In this document: positions 1 to 8,935 of the stretch, piece after piece
Position numbering within the stretch: position 1 is the stretch's first letter
How the letters are laid out: each line of letters begins with the position of its first letter
Assembly: GCA_039584255.1 (NCBI GenBank)
Contig: JBDGYE010000008.1
Span: forward strand, 4,188 to 68,187
DNA: 64,000 nucleotides
DNA from: Gemmatimonadota bacterium
Lineage (GTDB): Bacteria > Gemmatimonadota > Gemmatimonadetes > Palauibacterales > Palauibacteraceae
Reading direction: 5' to 3'
Made by a program: the position numbers and the translations under genes
Notes under the pieces: model-generated
What the model was told of the DNA's origin: nothing
Seen by the model: only the letters and a program-made list of their open reading frames with translations
Database searches by the model: none

Positions 1-1275
1 CTCCTCGACCCCCGCCTCACGGACGTGGTCGGGGGCGCCTCGAACGATCAGCCCCGAGTCCACACCGGCGATCGGCTGTTCCCGAGCCGGGTAGACCGGC
101 AGTACGAAGGCGACGTCGGCCGTGGCCAGTGCCTCAGCGAAATCCGGTGCCAGGGCACGGGTGCGACTGTAGAGGTGTGGCTGGAACACGACGGCCAGCC
201 TGAGGCCCGGGTAGGAGGCGCGGAGCGCGGCGATAGATGCCAGCACCTCCGTCGGGTGGTGCGCGTAGTCATCCACGACGGCACGGCCGTTTCGCTCCGT
301 GAGAATCTGGAGGCGCCGCTCGACGCCCCGGAATCCACTCAGGGTGTCACCCAAGGGCTCGGGTGACACCCCAAGCAGGAGTGCGGCCGCGAGGGCGCCG
401 CAAGCGTTCTGGGCGTTGTGATCGCCGGGGGTGCCGAGCTCGAACACGAACCCGCCCTCCGGACCCTCGAGCAGACAGCGCTGGCCAGAGCCCCGCCGGT
501 CCACAACCTGGACCCGATAATCGGCGGTCGGGGCGAAGCCGTACGAGCGGTGGGCGCCAACGTTCGCCCCTATCTCCAGGGCTGACTCGCTGTCGGCGCA
601 TACCAGAGCGCCCTCTCTGCAGGCGGCGCGGCCGGCGAACCGCACGAAGGAGGCCCTCAGATCAGCGAAGTCGTCGTAGCACTCCAGGTGCTCCGGCTCG
701 ACCGATGTGACGACGGCCAGCTCTGGATCCAGCTCCAGGAACGAACGGTCGTACTCGTCGGCCTCCACCACGGCCAGCTCGCCCTCTCCCACTCGGGCGT
801 TCGCCCGCCATGCGGGCATCGTTCCGCCAACCAGGGCGGACGGCCGGAGTCCGCCCGCCTCCGCCAACAGTGCCAGCATAGCGGTGAGCGTCGTCTTGCC
901 GTGTGTTCCCGCCACGGCTGCCAGCCGCCGGTCGTTGACTAGTGCTCCCATGGCTGTGGCGCGCTTGAGGGTGGGGACGCCAGCGGCCCGGGCCGCCTCC
1001 AGGGCCGGGTGGTCGTGGGCGAGGGCGGAGCTGAATACGACCAGCTCGGCCTCGCGCACCGGCCGCGGGTCCTCCTCGGAGAAGACGCGGATACCGATCG
1101 CCTCCAGAGAGACCGCCGCGTCGGGGTCCCTGTCGGAGCCAGTGAGCCGGTAGCCCTCACCCGCGAGGAGCACCGCCAGGCCGCGCATTCCGGCGCCGCC
1201 GGCCCCTAGCAGGTGGATGTGGCTTCCCGCGGGCGGCAGATCGCCCCTGCCCGCAAGCCTCTCTCCCCTAGGCAC
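1..1275 (-). CDS. murC: UDP-N-acetylmuramate--L-alanine ligase (3' end runs off window)
   Basis: Not in the ORF track; translated by hand from GTG at 1275: HIHLLGAGGAGM, AVAGTHGKTTLTAM, DDYAHHPTE, VFQPHLYSRT. Follows murG. Confidence 0.95.
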   Translation of the reverse strand, partial: MPRGERLAGRGDLPPAGSHIHLLGAGGAGMRGLAVLLAGEGYRLTGSDRDPDAAVSLEAIGIRVFSEEDPRPVREAELVVFSSALAHDHPALEAARAAGVPTLKRATAMGALVNDRRLAAVAGTHGKTTLTAMLALLAEAGGLRPSALVGGTMPAWRANARVGEGELAVVEADEYDRSFLELDPELAVVTSVEPEHLECYDDFADLRASFVRFAGRAACREGALVCADSESALEIGANVGAHRSYGFAPTADYRVQVVDRRGSGQRCLLEGPEGGFVFELGTPGDHNAQNACGALAAALLLGVSPEPLGDTLSGFRGVERRLQILTERNGRAVVDDYAHHPTEVLASIAALRASYPGLRLAVVFQPHLYSRTRALAPDFAEALATADVAFVLPVYPAREQPIAGVDSGLIVRGAPDHVREAGVEE

Positions 1276-2380
1276 CGTTGCCTCCGCGGCCCGAACTCAG
1301 CAGCCGGAGCAATTCGGCCACCGTCCGGTCGGCCGCATCCGGTCGGCCCCGCTCGCGCATCGCCCCGGCCATCAGGCTCAGCCTCTCATCGTCGCGCAGC
1401 AGACGCAGAACCGTCCTCCACAGCTCACCGGGACGCACGCTGCGCTCCTCCAGCACGACGGCCGCTCCAGCATCCGAGAGCGCCAGGGCGTTGTGCCACT
1501 GATGATCCGCCGCCGCAGCCGGAAATGGGACGAACACGGCCGGAACGCCGGACACCGCCAGCTCGGAGCAGAACATTGCCCCGGAACGGCAGACGGCGAG
1601 GGTCAGTCGCGATAGCTGGGCGCCCAGTCCGCTGATGAAAGGCACTGAGATGATCCGGGGAGCGAAGGGCAGGCACGCTGTGGCGGCAGCAACTTCGGAA
1701 TGATGTGTTGGTCCGGTAACCCAGACGATGCTCAAGCCCTCGGGCCAGTCCGTCGCGTCCGCCAGGTCCGACAGCAGGCGCTGGTTGAGGCCGCGGGCTC
1801 CCTGGCTGCCGCCGATCACGCCAAGCACCGGCGGGTCGGGCCAGTCGAACGGTCGGGAGGGCTCGTCCACGGCCACGGGGTTGCCGTAGGCGAACAGCTT
1901 CGTCCGACTCCCGGTCCGCAGCCGCTCCGCAGCTTCTGGGTAGCCCAGATGCACCTGGTTTACGACCGGGGCCAGGCTCCGCAACACGAGCCCCGGGAAG
2001 GCGTTCTGCTCCTGCAGCGCCGTCGGGCGGCCCGAGAGCAGGCCGGCGAGGAGGGCTGGAGCAGAAGCGTATCCTCCGGTGCCGACGACCAGTTGCGGGT
2101 CGAAGTCCCGAAACACGCGCCGCAACCCGGCGGCGACGGCGGGTCCGGATCGCGCCAGCCTCCAGTTCCGCCACGGCCGGCTCCTGTAGAGCGGCTCCAT
2201 GGGGAGGAGCCGATACGGCAGCCCGGCCTCGGGCAGAATCTTCGCTTCCACCCCGCGCTGGGCGCCTACGAGGAGAACGTTGGCCTCCGGCCGGACTCGA
2301 CGAATCGCCCCCGCCAGGTTCAACGCCGGGTACAGGTGTCCTCCCGTTCCGCCTCCCGCCAGGAGGATTCGCTCGCTCAC
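1268..2380 (-). CDS. murG: undecaprenyl-PP-MurNAc-pentapeptide GlcNAc transferase
   Basis: AGGGTGGHLYPA, GTGGYAS, EQNAFPG, GGSQGA motifs; dcw position. Confidence 0.97.
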   Translation of the reverse strand: MSERILLAGGGTGGHLYPALNLAGAIRRVRPEANVLLVGAQRGVEAKILPEAGLPYRLLPMEPLYRSRPWRNWRLARSGPAVAAGLRRVFRDFDPQLVVGTGGYASAPALLAGLLSGRPTALQEQNAFPGLVLRSLAPVVNQVHLGYPEAAERLRTGSRTKLFAYGNPVAVDEPSRPFDWPDPPVLGVIGGSQGARGLNQRLLSDLADATDWPEGLSIVWVTGPTHHSEVAAATACLPFAPRIISVPFISGLGAQLSRLTLAVCRSGAMFCSELAVSGVPAVFVPFPAAAADHQWHNALALSDAGAAVVLEERSVRPGELWRTVLRLLRDDERLSLMAGAMRERGRPDAADRTVAELLRLLSSGRGGNGA

Positions 2381-2383
2381 GGC

Positions 2384-3532
2384 TCACGCTCTCCCTCGCT
2401 TCGAGACGTTCAGCAGGATGCCCGTGGCTCCGAGCATCAGGACCAGATTCGTCCCGCCCGCGCTGATGAACGGCAGGTTTATCCCGGTGGTCGGCAACAG
2501 CCCCAGAGCCACGCCGATGTGGCCGAACGCCGCCAGTGCCACCAGACACGTAATTCCCACGACCAGCAGCCGGCCGAACAGGTCTGGAGCTCGTCTGGCG
2601 ATGCGCAGACCCAAGACGGCCCACGCCAGGAAGAGGCCGATCACAGCCGCCGCCCCCAAGAAGCCCCATTCCTCGGCGATGATCGAGAAGATGAAGTCGT
2701 TCTGCGGCTCCGGAAGGTAGGCCATCTTCAGACTGCTCTTGCCGAAGCCAACCCCGAACAGTCCGCCCGAGCCTACCGCGATGAGCGACTGCTTCAGCTG
2801 GTAGCCTCCTGTAGCGGCGGCCGCCTGTGGGTCGAGGAACGCCGCCACCCGTCGCCAGCGATAACCGGCCCCGACGATCTGGCTCAGCACGATCGGGAGC
2901 GAGACGATCGCAAGCAGCGCGAAGTGGCCGAGCCGGGCGCCGGCGGTGAAGAGGACCGCCCCGACGACCGCCGCGATCATCATCGCCGCCGAGAAGTGAG
3001 GCTCTAGCAGCACCAAGAGGCAGACCAGGCCCACGACCAGAAGGAACGGCAGCAGGCCGTACCGGAAGCTGTGAAGCCGATTCTGCTTCTTAACCGCGAG
3101 AGCGGCTGCCCAGATCACGATCGCGATCTTGGCCAGCTCCGACGGCTGAACGGTCACTCCCAGGTCCAGCCAGCGGCGGGCTCCGTTGACGCGAGGTGCG
3201 ATCGACTCAGTCCACGGAAGCAGGAGCGGAACGAGGAGGATGACGGCCAGGATGAGAATCGGCCAAGCCAGCCTCCGGTAGAGCCGGTAGTCGACGAGGC
3301 TCGCCGCGAGCAGCACCAGGAGGCCGATGCCCGCCCGGCTGATCTGCTGGAACAGGTAGTGATGGTCCTGCAGACCGCGGGTGTGGGCGACGAAGGTGCT
3401 GGCGCTGTATACCGAGAGGAGGCCGAACCCCACGAGGGCCGCCGTCACCAGCAGGAGGCCGCGGCCGGCCATGGAGGCGCGGGCTCGGCGCGGACTCTGA
3501 TGGAAGATCCGGAGGCTTCGCCGGCCACTCAC
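2384..3532 (-). CDS. ftsW: SEDS peptidoglycan polymerase FtsW
   Basis: NGARRW, QPSELAK, LPEPQNDFIF, EEWG, LPFISAGG; multiple TM segments; between murD and murG. Confidence 0.95.
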   Translation of the reverse strand: MSGRRSLRIFHQSPRRARASMAGRGLLLVTAALVGFGLLSVYSASTFVAHTRGLQDHHYLFQQISRAGIGLLVLLAASLVDYRLYRRLAWPILILAVILLVPLLLPWTESIAPRVNGARRWLDLGVTVQPSELAKIAIVIWAAALAVKKQNRLHSFRYGLLPFLLVVGLVCLLVLLEPHFSAAMMIAAVVGAVLFTAGARLGHFALLAIVSLPIVLSQIVGAGYRWRRVAAFLDPQAAAATGGYQLKQSLIAVGSGGLFGVGFGKSSLKMAYLPEPQNDFIFSIIAEEWGFLGAAAVIGLFLAWAVLGLRIARRAPDLFGRLLVVGITCLVALAAFGHIGVALGLLPTTGINLPFISAGGTNLVLMLGATGILLNVSKRGRA

Positions 3533-4920
3533 AAGGCGCTCCCTGCCGGCTGCGGCAGGCCCCGGAAAGCGACGGCAAAGCCATCACCGCGAGCCCGGTA
3601 ATCGGGAAACATGTCGTAGGACGAGCAGGCTGGAGACAGCAGCACGACGTCTCCGGGCGCGGCCAGCTCGGCCGCCGCCTGCACGACCGAGTCCATGTCG
3701 GACTCGACGCGGATGTTATCGACGTGCCCCTCGAGGTCGGATACGATCCGGGACGCGGCCTCGCCGTACGCGACCACGGCCCGGACGCGGCCCTCCAGCT
3801 CCGGGAGAAGCCCGGAGTAGGGCTCGCCCTTGTGGCGTCCCCCTAGGAGCAGAACCACCGGCCTGTCGAAAGCGGCAAGCGCCACTCGGGCGGCGGAGAT
3901 GTTGGTGGCCTTGGAGTCGTTTACCCACAGCACGCCGTTGCGATCGCCCACTGGCTGCAGGCGATGTGGCAGCGGCCGGAACGAGCGCAGAGCGTCACCG
4001 ACGGCATCTTCGGGGCACCCGGCCAGGGTGGCCGCCGTTCCAGCGGCGAGGCAGTTGGCGACGTTGTGCGCGCCGAGAAGCTCCAGTTGGTGGGCGGAGG
4101 CCCAGCGGATCGGCTCGTGGTCGACACGTGCGGTCAACCAGCCGTCGGAGGTCAGCCAGGCTCCCCGCTCCACCTCGTCCAGGGTCGAGAACAGGAAGCG
4201 CTCACCCTCGGCTGCGGCGGCCAGGTCGAGTGCCACGGGGTCATCCGCGTTTAGAATCCAGCGTGATTCGGCAGTAGCGTTGCTGAAGAGGCGGCGCTTG
4301 TCCTCGTAGTAGCTCTGCAGGTCCGGGTAGCGATCCAGGTGGTCGGGAGAGAGGTTGAGAAGGACTCCGATTTCGGGGGTGAACTCTTCCAGGTCGGCAA
4401 GTTGAAAGGAGCTCAGCTCCACAGCCACCCACGCCGGCTGGTTCTCCAAGAGCGCGGTCTCTGAGAGGGGTCGGCCGATGTTTCCTACCGCAGCCGAGTC
4501 GATTCCGCCGAGGCGCAGCACGTGTGCGATGAGTCCCGTCGTGGTCGTCTTCCCGTTCGTGCCGGTAATCCCGATCACGCGGCTCGTCAGGTCACGGTAA
4601 GCCAGCTCGATCTCCGCGATAGTGCGCACACCGGCCGCCGAGATGCGTCGCCGGATCTCGGAGAACGGGCTGATCCCCGGACTCACCACTACCAGGTCGC
4701 AGGCGACGATCCGGTCCATGTCGTGTCGCCCTGTCTGCGCCTGCACACCCATGGCGCGCAGCCTCTCCGCTGCCTCGCGCGGTCGCGGTCCATCTCCGAT
4801 GTCGCTGGCGTAGACGATCGCGCCCCTGGCGTGGGCGAGCGCAGCGGCCGCTTCCCCGGACAGCCCGAGTCCGAGCACCGCCACCCGGGCGAGTGGCTCG
4901 AAAGCCGGCCGCCGACCCAT
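3529..4920 (-). CDS. murD: UDP-MurNAc-L-Ala--D-glutamate ligase
   Basis: GLGLSG, ITGTNGKTTTT, ELSSFQL, DHLDRY, NDSKATN, LLSPAC. Confidence 0.97.
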   Translation of the reverse strand: MGRRPAFEPLARVAVLGLGLSGEAAAALAHARGAIVYASDIGDGPRPREAAERLRAMGVQAQTGRHDMDRIVACDLVVVSPGISPFSEIRRRISAAGVRTIAEIELAYRDLTSRVIGITGTNGKTTTTGLIAHVLRLGGIDSAAVGNIGRPLSETALLENQPAWVAVELSSFQLADLEEFTPEIGVLLNLSPDHLDRYPDLQSYYEDKRRLFSNATAESRWILNADDPVALDLAAAAEGERFLFSTLDEVERGAWLTSDGWLTARVDHEPIRWASAHQLELLGAHNVANCLAAGTAATLAGCPEDAVGDALRSFRPLPHRLQPVGDRNGVLWVNDSKATNISAARVALAAFDRPVVLLLGGRHKGEPYSGLLPELEGRVRAVVAYGEAASRIVSDLEGHVDNIRVESDMDSVVQAAAELAAPGDVVLLSPACSSYDMFPDYRARGDGFAVAFRGLPQPAGSAL

Positions 4921-6026
4921 CAACGCACCTTCATGGTCGCCAGACCGGCCAGGGCGAATATGATCGCCACGATGTAGAAGCGGATGACGACGCGCGTCTC
5001 GGGCCAGCCGAGCTGCTCGAAGTGGTGATGAAGCGGCGCCATGCGGAAGAGTCGACGACCGGTGCCCGTCCTCCAGCGAGTGTACTTGAACCCGGCCGTT
5101 TGCAGCATCACCGAGAGCGCTTCGGCCACGAAGACCCCTCCGATGATCAGGAGGAGCAGCTCAGACTTGAGTAGGAGTGCCACCGTGCCGATGGCCCCTC
5201 CGAGGGCCAGCGACCCCGTGTCCCCCATGAACACGAGGGCCGGCGGTGCGTTGAACCACAGAAAGCCGATGGCCGCGCCGGCCACGGCGACGCAGAAGAC
5301 CGTGAGCTCGCCGGCGCCGGGGAGATACGGAAGGCCGAGGTAGAACGAAGTGTCAACCCGACCCATCACGTAGGCGAACACCGCGAACGCCAGCGCGGCG
5401 ACGGCGCTCAGGCCTGCGGCGAGGCCATCCAGTCCGTCGGTCAGGTTGACGGCGTTGGCGCTGAACGCGACCACGAGAGCTACGAACAGGGGAAATGCGG
5501 CCGGAATGAGCACCAGGTGCACGTTCTTGAAGAACGGAACCAGACGATGGGTCACCTCGTGGGCCGACAACGGAAGATTCAACAGAACGAGGCCCAGAGT
5601 GATGCCGACCGTCATCTGCCACACGAGCTTCTGGCGAGCGATGAGGCCGCGGGACTGGTGACGGACGACCTTCAGGTAGTCGTCCCAAAAGCCTATCGCC
5701 GCCATCAGCACTGTTACGAAGAGCGCCACGTTGACGTACGGGTCGTCCAGGGGCGCCCACAGCAGCGTCGCCACGAGCACGGAAACGAGGATGATCAGCC
5801 CGCCCATCGTAGGCGTGCCGGCCTTCTCGAGGTGCGACTTCGGTCCCTCCAGACGGACCACTTGGCCGACGTTTCCGCTTTCGAGGCGGCGAATGACGAA
5901 GGGGCCTACGAGAAAGGTCACCAGCAGCGCCGTTACCATGGCGCCGGCAGCCCGGAACGAGATGTACTGGAAGACGTTGAACAGTATGTGCTTGTCGGCC
6001 AGTGGGAAGAGGAGGTGATACAGCAT
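4920..6026 (-). CDS. mraY: phospho-MurNAc-pentapeptide translocase
   Basis: KAGTPTMGG, NAVNLTDGLDGL, FMGDTGSL, APLHHHFE. Confidence 0.98.
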   Translation of the reverse strand: MLYHLLFPLADKHILFNVFQYISFRAAGAMVTALLVTFLVGPFVIRRLESGNVGQVVRLEGPKSHLEKAGTPTMGGLIILVSVLVATLLWAPLDDPYVNVALFVTVLMAAIGFWDDYLKVVRHQSRGLIARQKLVWQMTVGITLGLVLLNLPLSAHEVTHRLVPFFKNVHLVLIPAAFPLFVALVVAFSANAVNLTDGLDGLAAGLSAVAALAFAVFAYVMGRVDTSFYLGLPYLPGAGELTVFCVAVAGAAIGFLWFNAPPALVFMGDTGSLALGGAIGTVALLLKSELLLLIIGGVFVAEALSVMLQTAGFKYTRWRTGTGRRLFRMAPLHHHFEQLGWPETRVVIRFYIVAIIFALAGLATMKVR

Positions 6027-7399
6027 CACGCACCACCCTCCCCGTACTCCGCCACCAGGCGCTCGACGACCGTCTCGAGCTGCACGCCGCGGGAGGCTTT
6101 GACCAGCACTACTTCGTCGCCGTCCAGGCCGCCGCGCAGGGCCCTCCAGGCTTCCTCGGCGGACTCCGGGTAGGCCACCGTCGTCCCGTTCCGCACGGAG
6201 CCCAGAGCGCAGAAGGCAGGACCGAACTCGCCGAGGGCGACGATGAGCTCGAATCCGGCATCCACAAGTTCCTGCGCTACCGTCCGGTGCGCGGCCTCGG
6301 TAGATGAGCCCAGCTCCAGCATCGTGCCGACGACGGCCGCCAGCCGACGGTCGGGAAACGAGCCCTCGCAGTAGCTGATGGCGGCCGCGAACGACTCGGG
6401 ATTGGCGTTGTAGCAGTCCGCCACGACCGTCAGGGCACCGCTCTGGCGTACCGAGCTGCGCATTCCGAGCGGACGGTACCGACCGAGCCCCCTGGCGGCG
6501 GCCTCGGGCGCGACGCCCATCCCTTCAGCGACGGCCGACGCGATCAGGGCATCACGAAGGTGGTGCTCGCCGCCGGCCGGGACGCGGCAGGCCACGCCGG
6601 ACCTCTCGAAAACCACCTCGTGTGGCGCCAGGCTCCAGCCCTCGGGACGGTAGTCCGCCCCCTCGCCGAGGCCAGCCACCATCGCATCGGGTCGAATCGC
6701 CCGCGCCGCCGGCGGAAGGCTATCCGGCGACTCCCCAACTACGACCAGGCCCGCCGGGCTGGCTCCCCGCACCAAATCCAGCTTCTCGTTCAGGACGCCT
6801 TCGAGGTCTCCGAACCCCTCCAGGTGCGCCGGGCCCACGGTCGTGATCACGGCGTCGTCCGGGGCCGTGATGTCGGTGAGCCGGGCGATCTCGCCCGGGG
6901 CGCTGGTCCCCAGCTCGAGGACCCAGACCTCCGCGTCCGCAGGAGCGGACAGGATCGAGAGTGGAAGCCCGATCCGGTTGTTGAAGTTCCCGCTAGTGGA
7001 GTGCGTGCGGAACGCCTCGGCCACAGCCAGGGCCACCATCTCCTTCACGGTGGTCTTACCGGAACTCCCGGTAATACCCACCACGCGCGCTGCACAGCCG
7101 GTACGATGGCGTCGGGCCAGGGCTCCCAGAGCGGCCGTCGTGTCATCGACGGGGAACCACTCCATGTCGAGGTCCGGCCTCTCGCGGCCCCGAGGAACGA
7201 CCGCTCCCCGCGCGCCGGCCGTAGCAGCTTCCATCAGGAAGTCCGCGCCGTCGAATCGCTCGCCCTGGAGCGCCACGAAGAGCGCGCCCGGCTCCAGCGC
7301 CCGGGTGTCGGTGGACACCGAGGTGTAGATCCGGCTTTCTTCCAGGCGGGGAAGGCGGAACAGAGTCCGGAGCTCAGCGGACTCGAACCGCGCGCCCAT
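6026..7399 (-). CDS. murF: UDP-MurNAc-tripeptide--D-Ala-D-Ala ligase
   Basis: ITGSSGKTTVKEM, GNFNNRIGLP, DCYNANPES, LVKASRG. Confidence 0.96.
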   Translation of the reverse strand: MGARFESAELRTLFRLPRLEESRIYTSVSTDTRALEPGALFVALQGERFDGADFLMEAATAGARGAVVPRGRERPDLDMEWFPVDDTTAALGALARRHRTGCAARVVGITGSSGKTTVKEMVALAVAEAFRTHSTSGNFNNRIGLPLSILSAPADAEVWVLELGTSAPGEIARLTDITAPDDAVITTVGPAHLEGFGDLEGVLNEKLDLVRGASPAGLVVVGESPDSLPPAARAIRPDAMVAGLGEGADYRPEGWSLAPHEVVFERSGVACRVPAGGEHHLRDALIASAVAEGMGVAPEAAARGLGRYRPLGMRSSVRQSGALTVVADCYNANPESFAAAISYCEGSFPDRRLAAVVGTMLELGSSTEAAHRTVAQELVDAGFELIVALGEFGPAFCALGSVRNGTTVAYPESAEEAWRALRGGLDGDEVVLVKASRGVQLETVVERLVAEYGEGGA

Positions 7400-8859
7400 C
7401 AGAGGCCCTCCTCGTCCAGGAGCTCGAGGACGATCGCCTTCTCGTCGAAGGGCTGTCGCTCTCCGCGAATCTCCTGGTAGGTCTCGTGCCCCTTGCCGGC
7501 CAGGAGGACCGCATCGCCGGGTACCATCTCGCCCAGCGCGACCGCTATCGCCTCCCGTCGGTCGACGATGACGCGATAGGACTCGGGCGGAAGATCACCG
7601 ACGATGTCCTCTATGATTCGCCGCGGATCCTCGCTGCGAGGGTTGTCGGCGGTGAGGATGGCGCTCCCGTCTGTTGCCGCCGCGGCGATCCGGCCCATCA
7701 GGGGACGCTTGCCTCGGTCGCGGTCGCCGCCGCAGCCGAACACGACCCGGAGTCGTCCCTTGACGAGCGGCGCCACGGTTTCGAGCACGCGGGTCAAGGC
7801 GTCGGGCGTGTGGGCGTAGTCGCGCAGCACGAGGCCGGGGCGACGCGCCAGGATCTCCATGCGTCCGGGAACCTGCGGAGAGTCGGTAAGGCCATGCGCT
7901 ACCTGCCCGGCATCGAGACCAAGTTCCAGAGCCGCCGCCGCGGCGCCCAGGGCGTTCAGAACGTTGAACTCACCCAGTAAGGGCAGTCGTACTTCGTGCG
8001 TTTCCCCGGGAGTGGAGATGATCCAGCGGCTCCCGGTTCCGGAGAACTCCACCGCTTCCGCGCGTACGTCTGCATCCGGCGAAAGGCCATAGTGGACGAC
8101 TCGACGACCGCCGCAATCCGCTCCCCGCCACACGGGATCGTCCGCGTTGACCACACATGTGCCGTCGGTGGCCACCCGATCGACAAGCATCAGCTTGGCC
8201 TCCCGGTAGGCCTCCATGTCGCGATGGTAGTCTAGGTGCTCGCGCGTCAGGTTCGTGAATACGGCACATTCGAAGTCCAGCGCGTCGACCCGCCTCTGGA
8301 CAAGGGCGTGGGACGATACCTCCATGGCCAACAGGCGGGCGCCGAGGGAGCCCGCCGTCGCCAGGTCGTCCATCAGCTCCAAGGGTCCCGGCGTCGTGAG
8401 TCGGCCCGGTCGTCGCTCACCGGAAGGATCGACCATTCCCAGCGTTCCGAGTGCCACCGCGGGTGCGAGGCGCTGCAGCAGGTGTCGGAGTACGAGCACG
8501 GTGGTCGTCTTGCCGTTGGTGCCGGTTACGCCTGCCAGCCGCAACGAGAGGCCGGGATCCCCGTACTGGAGGGAGGCCAGGTGCGCCGCCGCAGAGCGCG
8601 TATCGGAGACCACAGCCTGCGGGATACCGGCGGCGACAGGCACTTCGACGAGGGCCGCGGCCGCCCCGGCGGCCGCGGCTCTGTCGACGAACTCGTGGCC
8701 GTCGGCAACTGTCCCGCGAATCGCGCAGAAGAGATCCCCGGAAGCCACCGACCTCGAGTCAACGATGATCCTCGTGAACTCGGCCGGTGGCTCACCGACC
8801 CAGGAGGGAGCCAGTCCCCTGGCCCTCAGCCTTTCCCCGATCTTCTCACTCGAAATCAC
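7399..8859 (-). CDS. murE: UDP-MurNAc-dipeptide--meso-diaminopimelate ligase
   Basis: GVTGTNGKTT, MEVSSH, DYAHTPD, GCGGDRD, DNPR (mDAP-type), AGKGHE. Start placed at GTG 8859 because the longer ORF overlaps ftsI. Confidence 0.95.
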   Translation of the reverse strand: MISSEKIGERLRARGLAPSWVGEPPAEFTRIIVDSRSVASGDLFCAIRGTVADGHEFVDRAAAAGAAAALVEVPVAAGIPQAVVSDTRSAAAHLASLQYGDPGLSLRLAGVTGTNGKTTTVLVLRHLLQRLAPAVALGTLGMVDPSGERRPGRLTTPGPLELMDDLATAGSLGARLLAMEVSSHALVQRRVDALDFECAVFTNLTREHLDYHRDMEAYREAKLMLVDRVATDGTCVVNADDPVWRGADCGGRRVVHYGLSPDADVRAEAVEFSGTGSRWIISTPGETHEVRLPLLGEFNVLNALGAAAAALELGLDAGQVAHGLTDSPQVPGRMEILARRPGLVLRDYAHTPDALTRVLETVAPLVKGRLRVVFGCGGDRDRGKRPLMGRIAAAATDGSAILTADNPRSEDPRRIIEDIVGDLPPESYRVIVDRREAIAVALGEMVPGDAVLLAGKGHETYQEIRGERQPFDEKAIVLELLDEEGL

Positions 8860-8935
8860 ATCACACCGCTGATACTCTGCCGCCTCACGATTCCTCTCGT
8901 CCGCCACATCGAGGACTGCGCGCACCTCGTTGGGC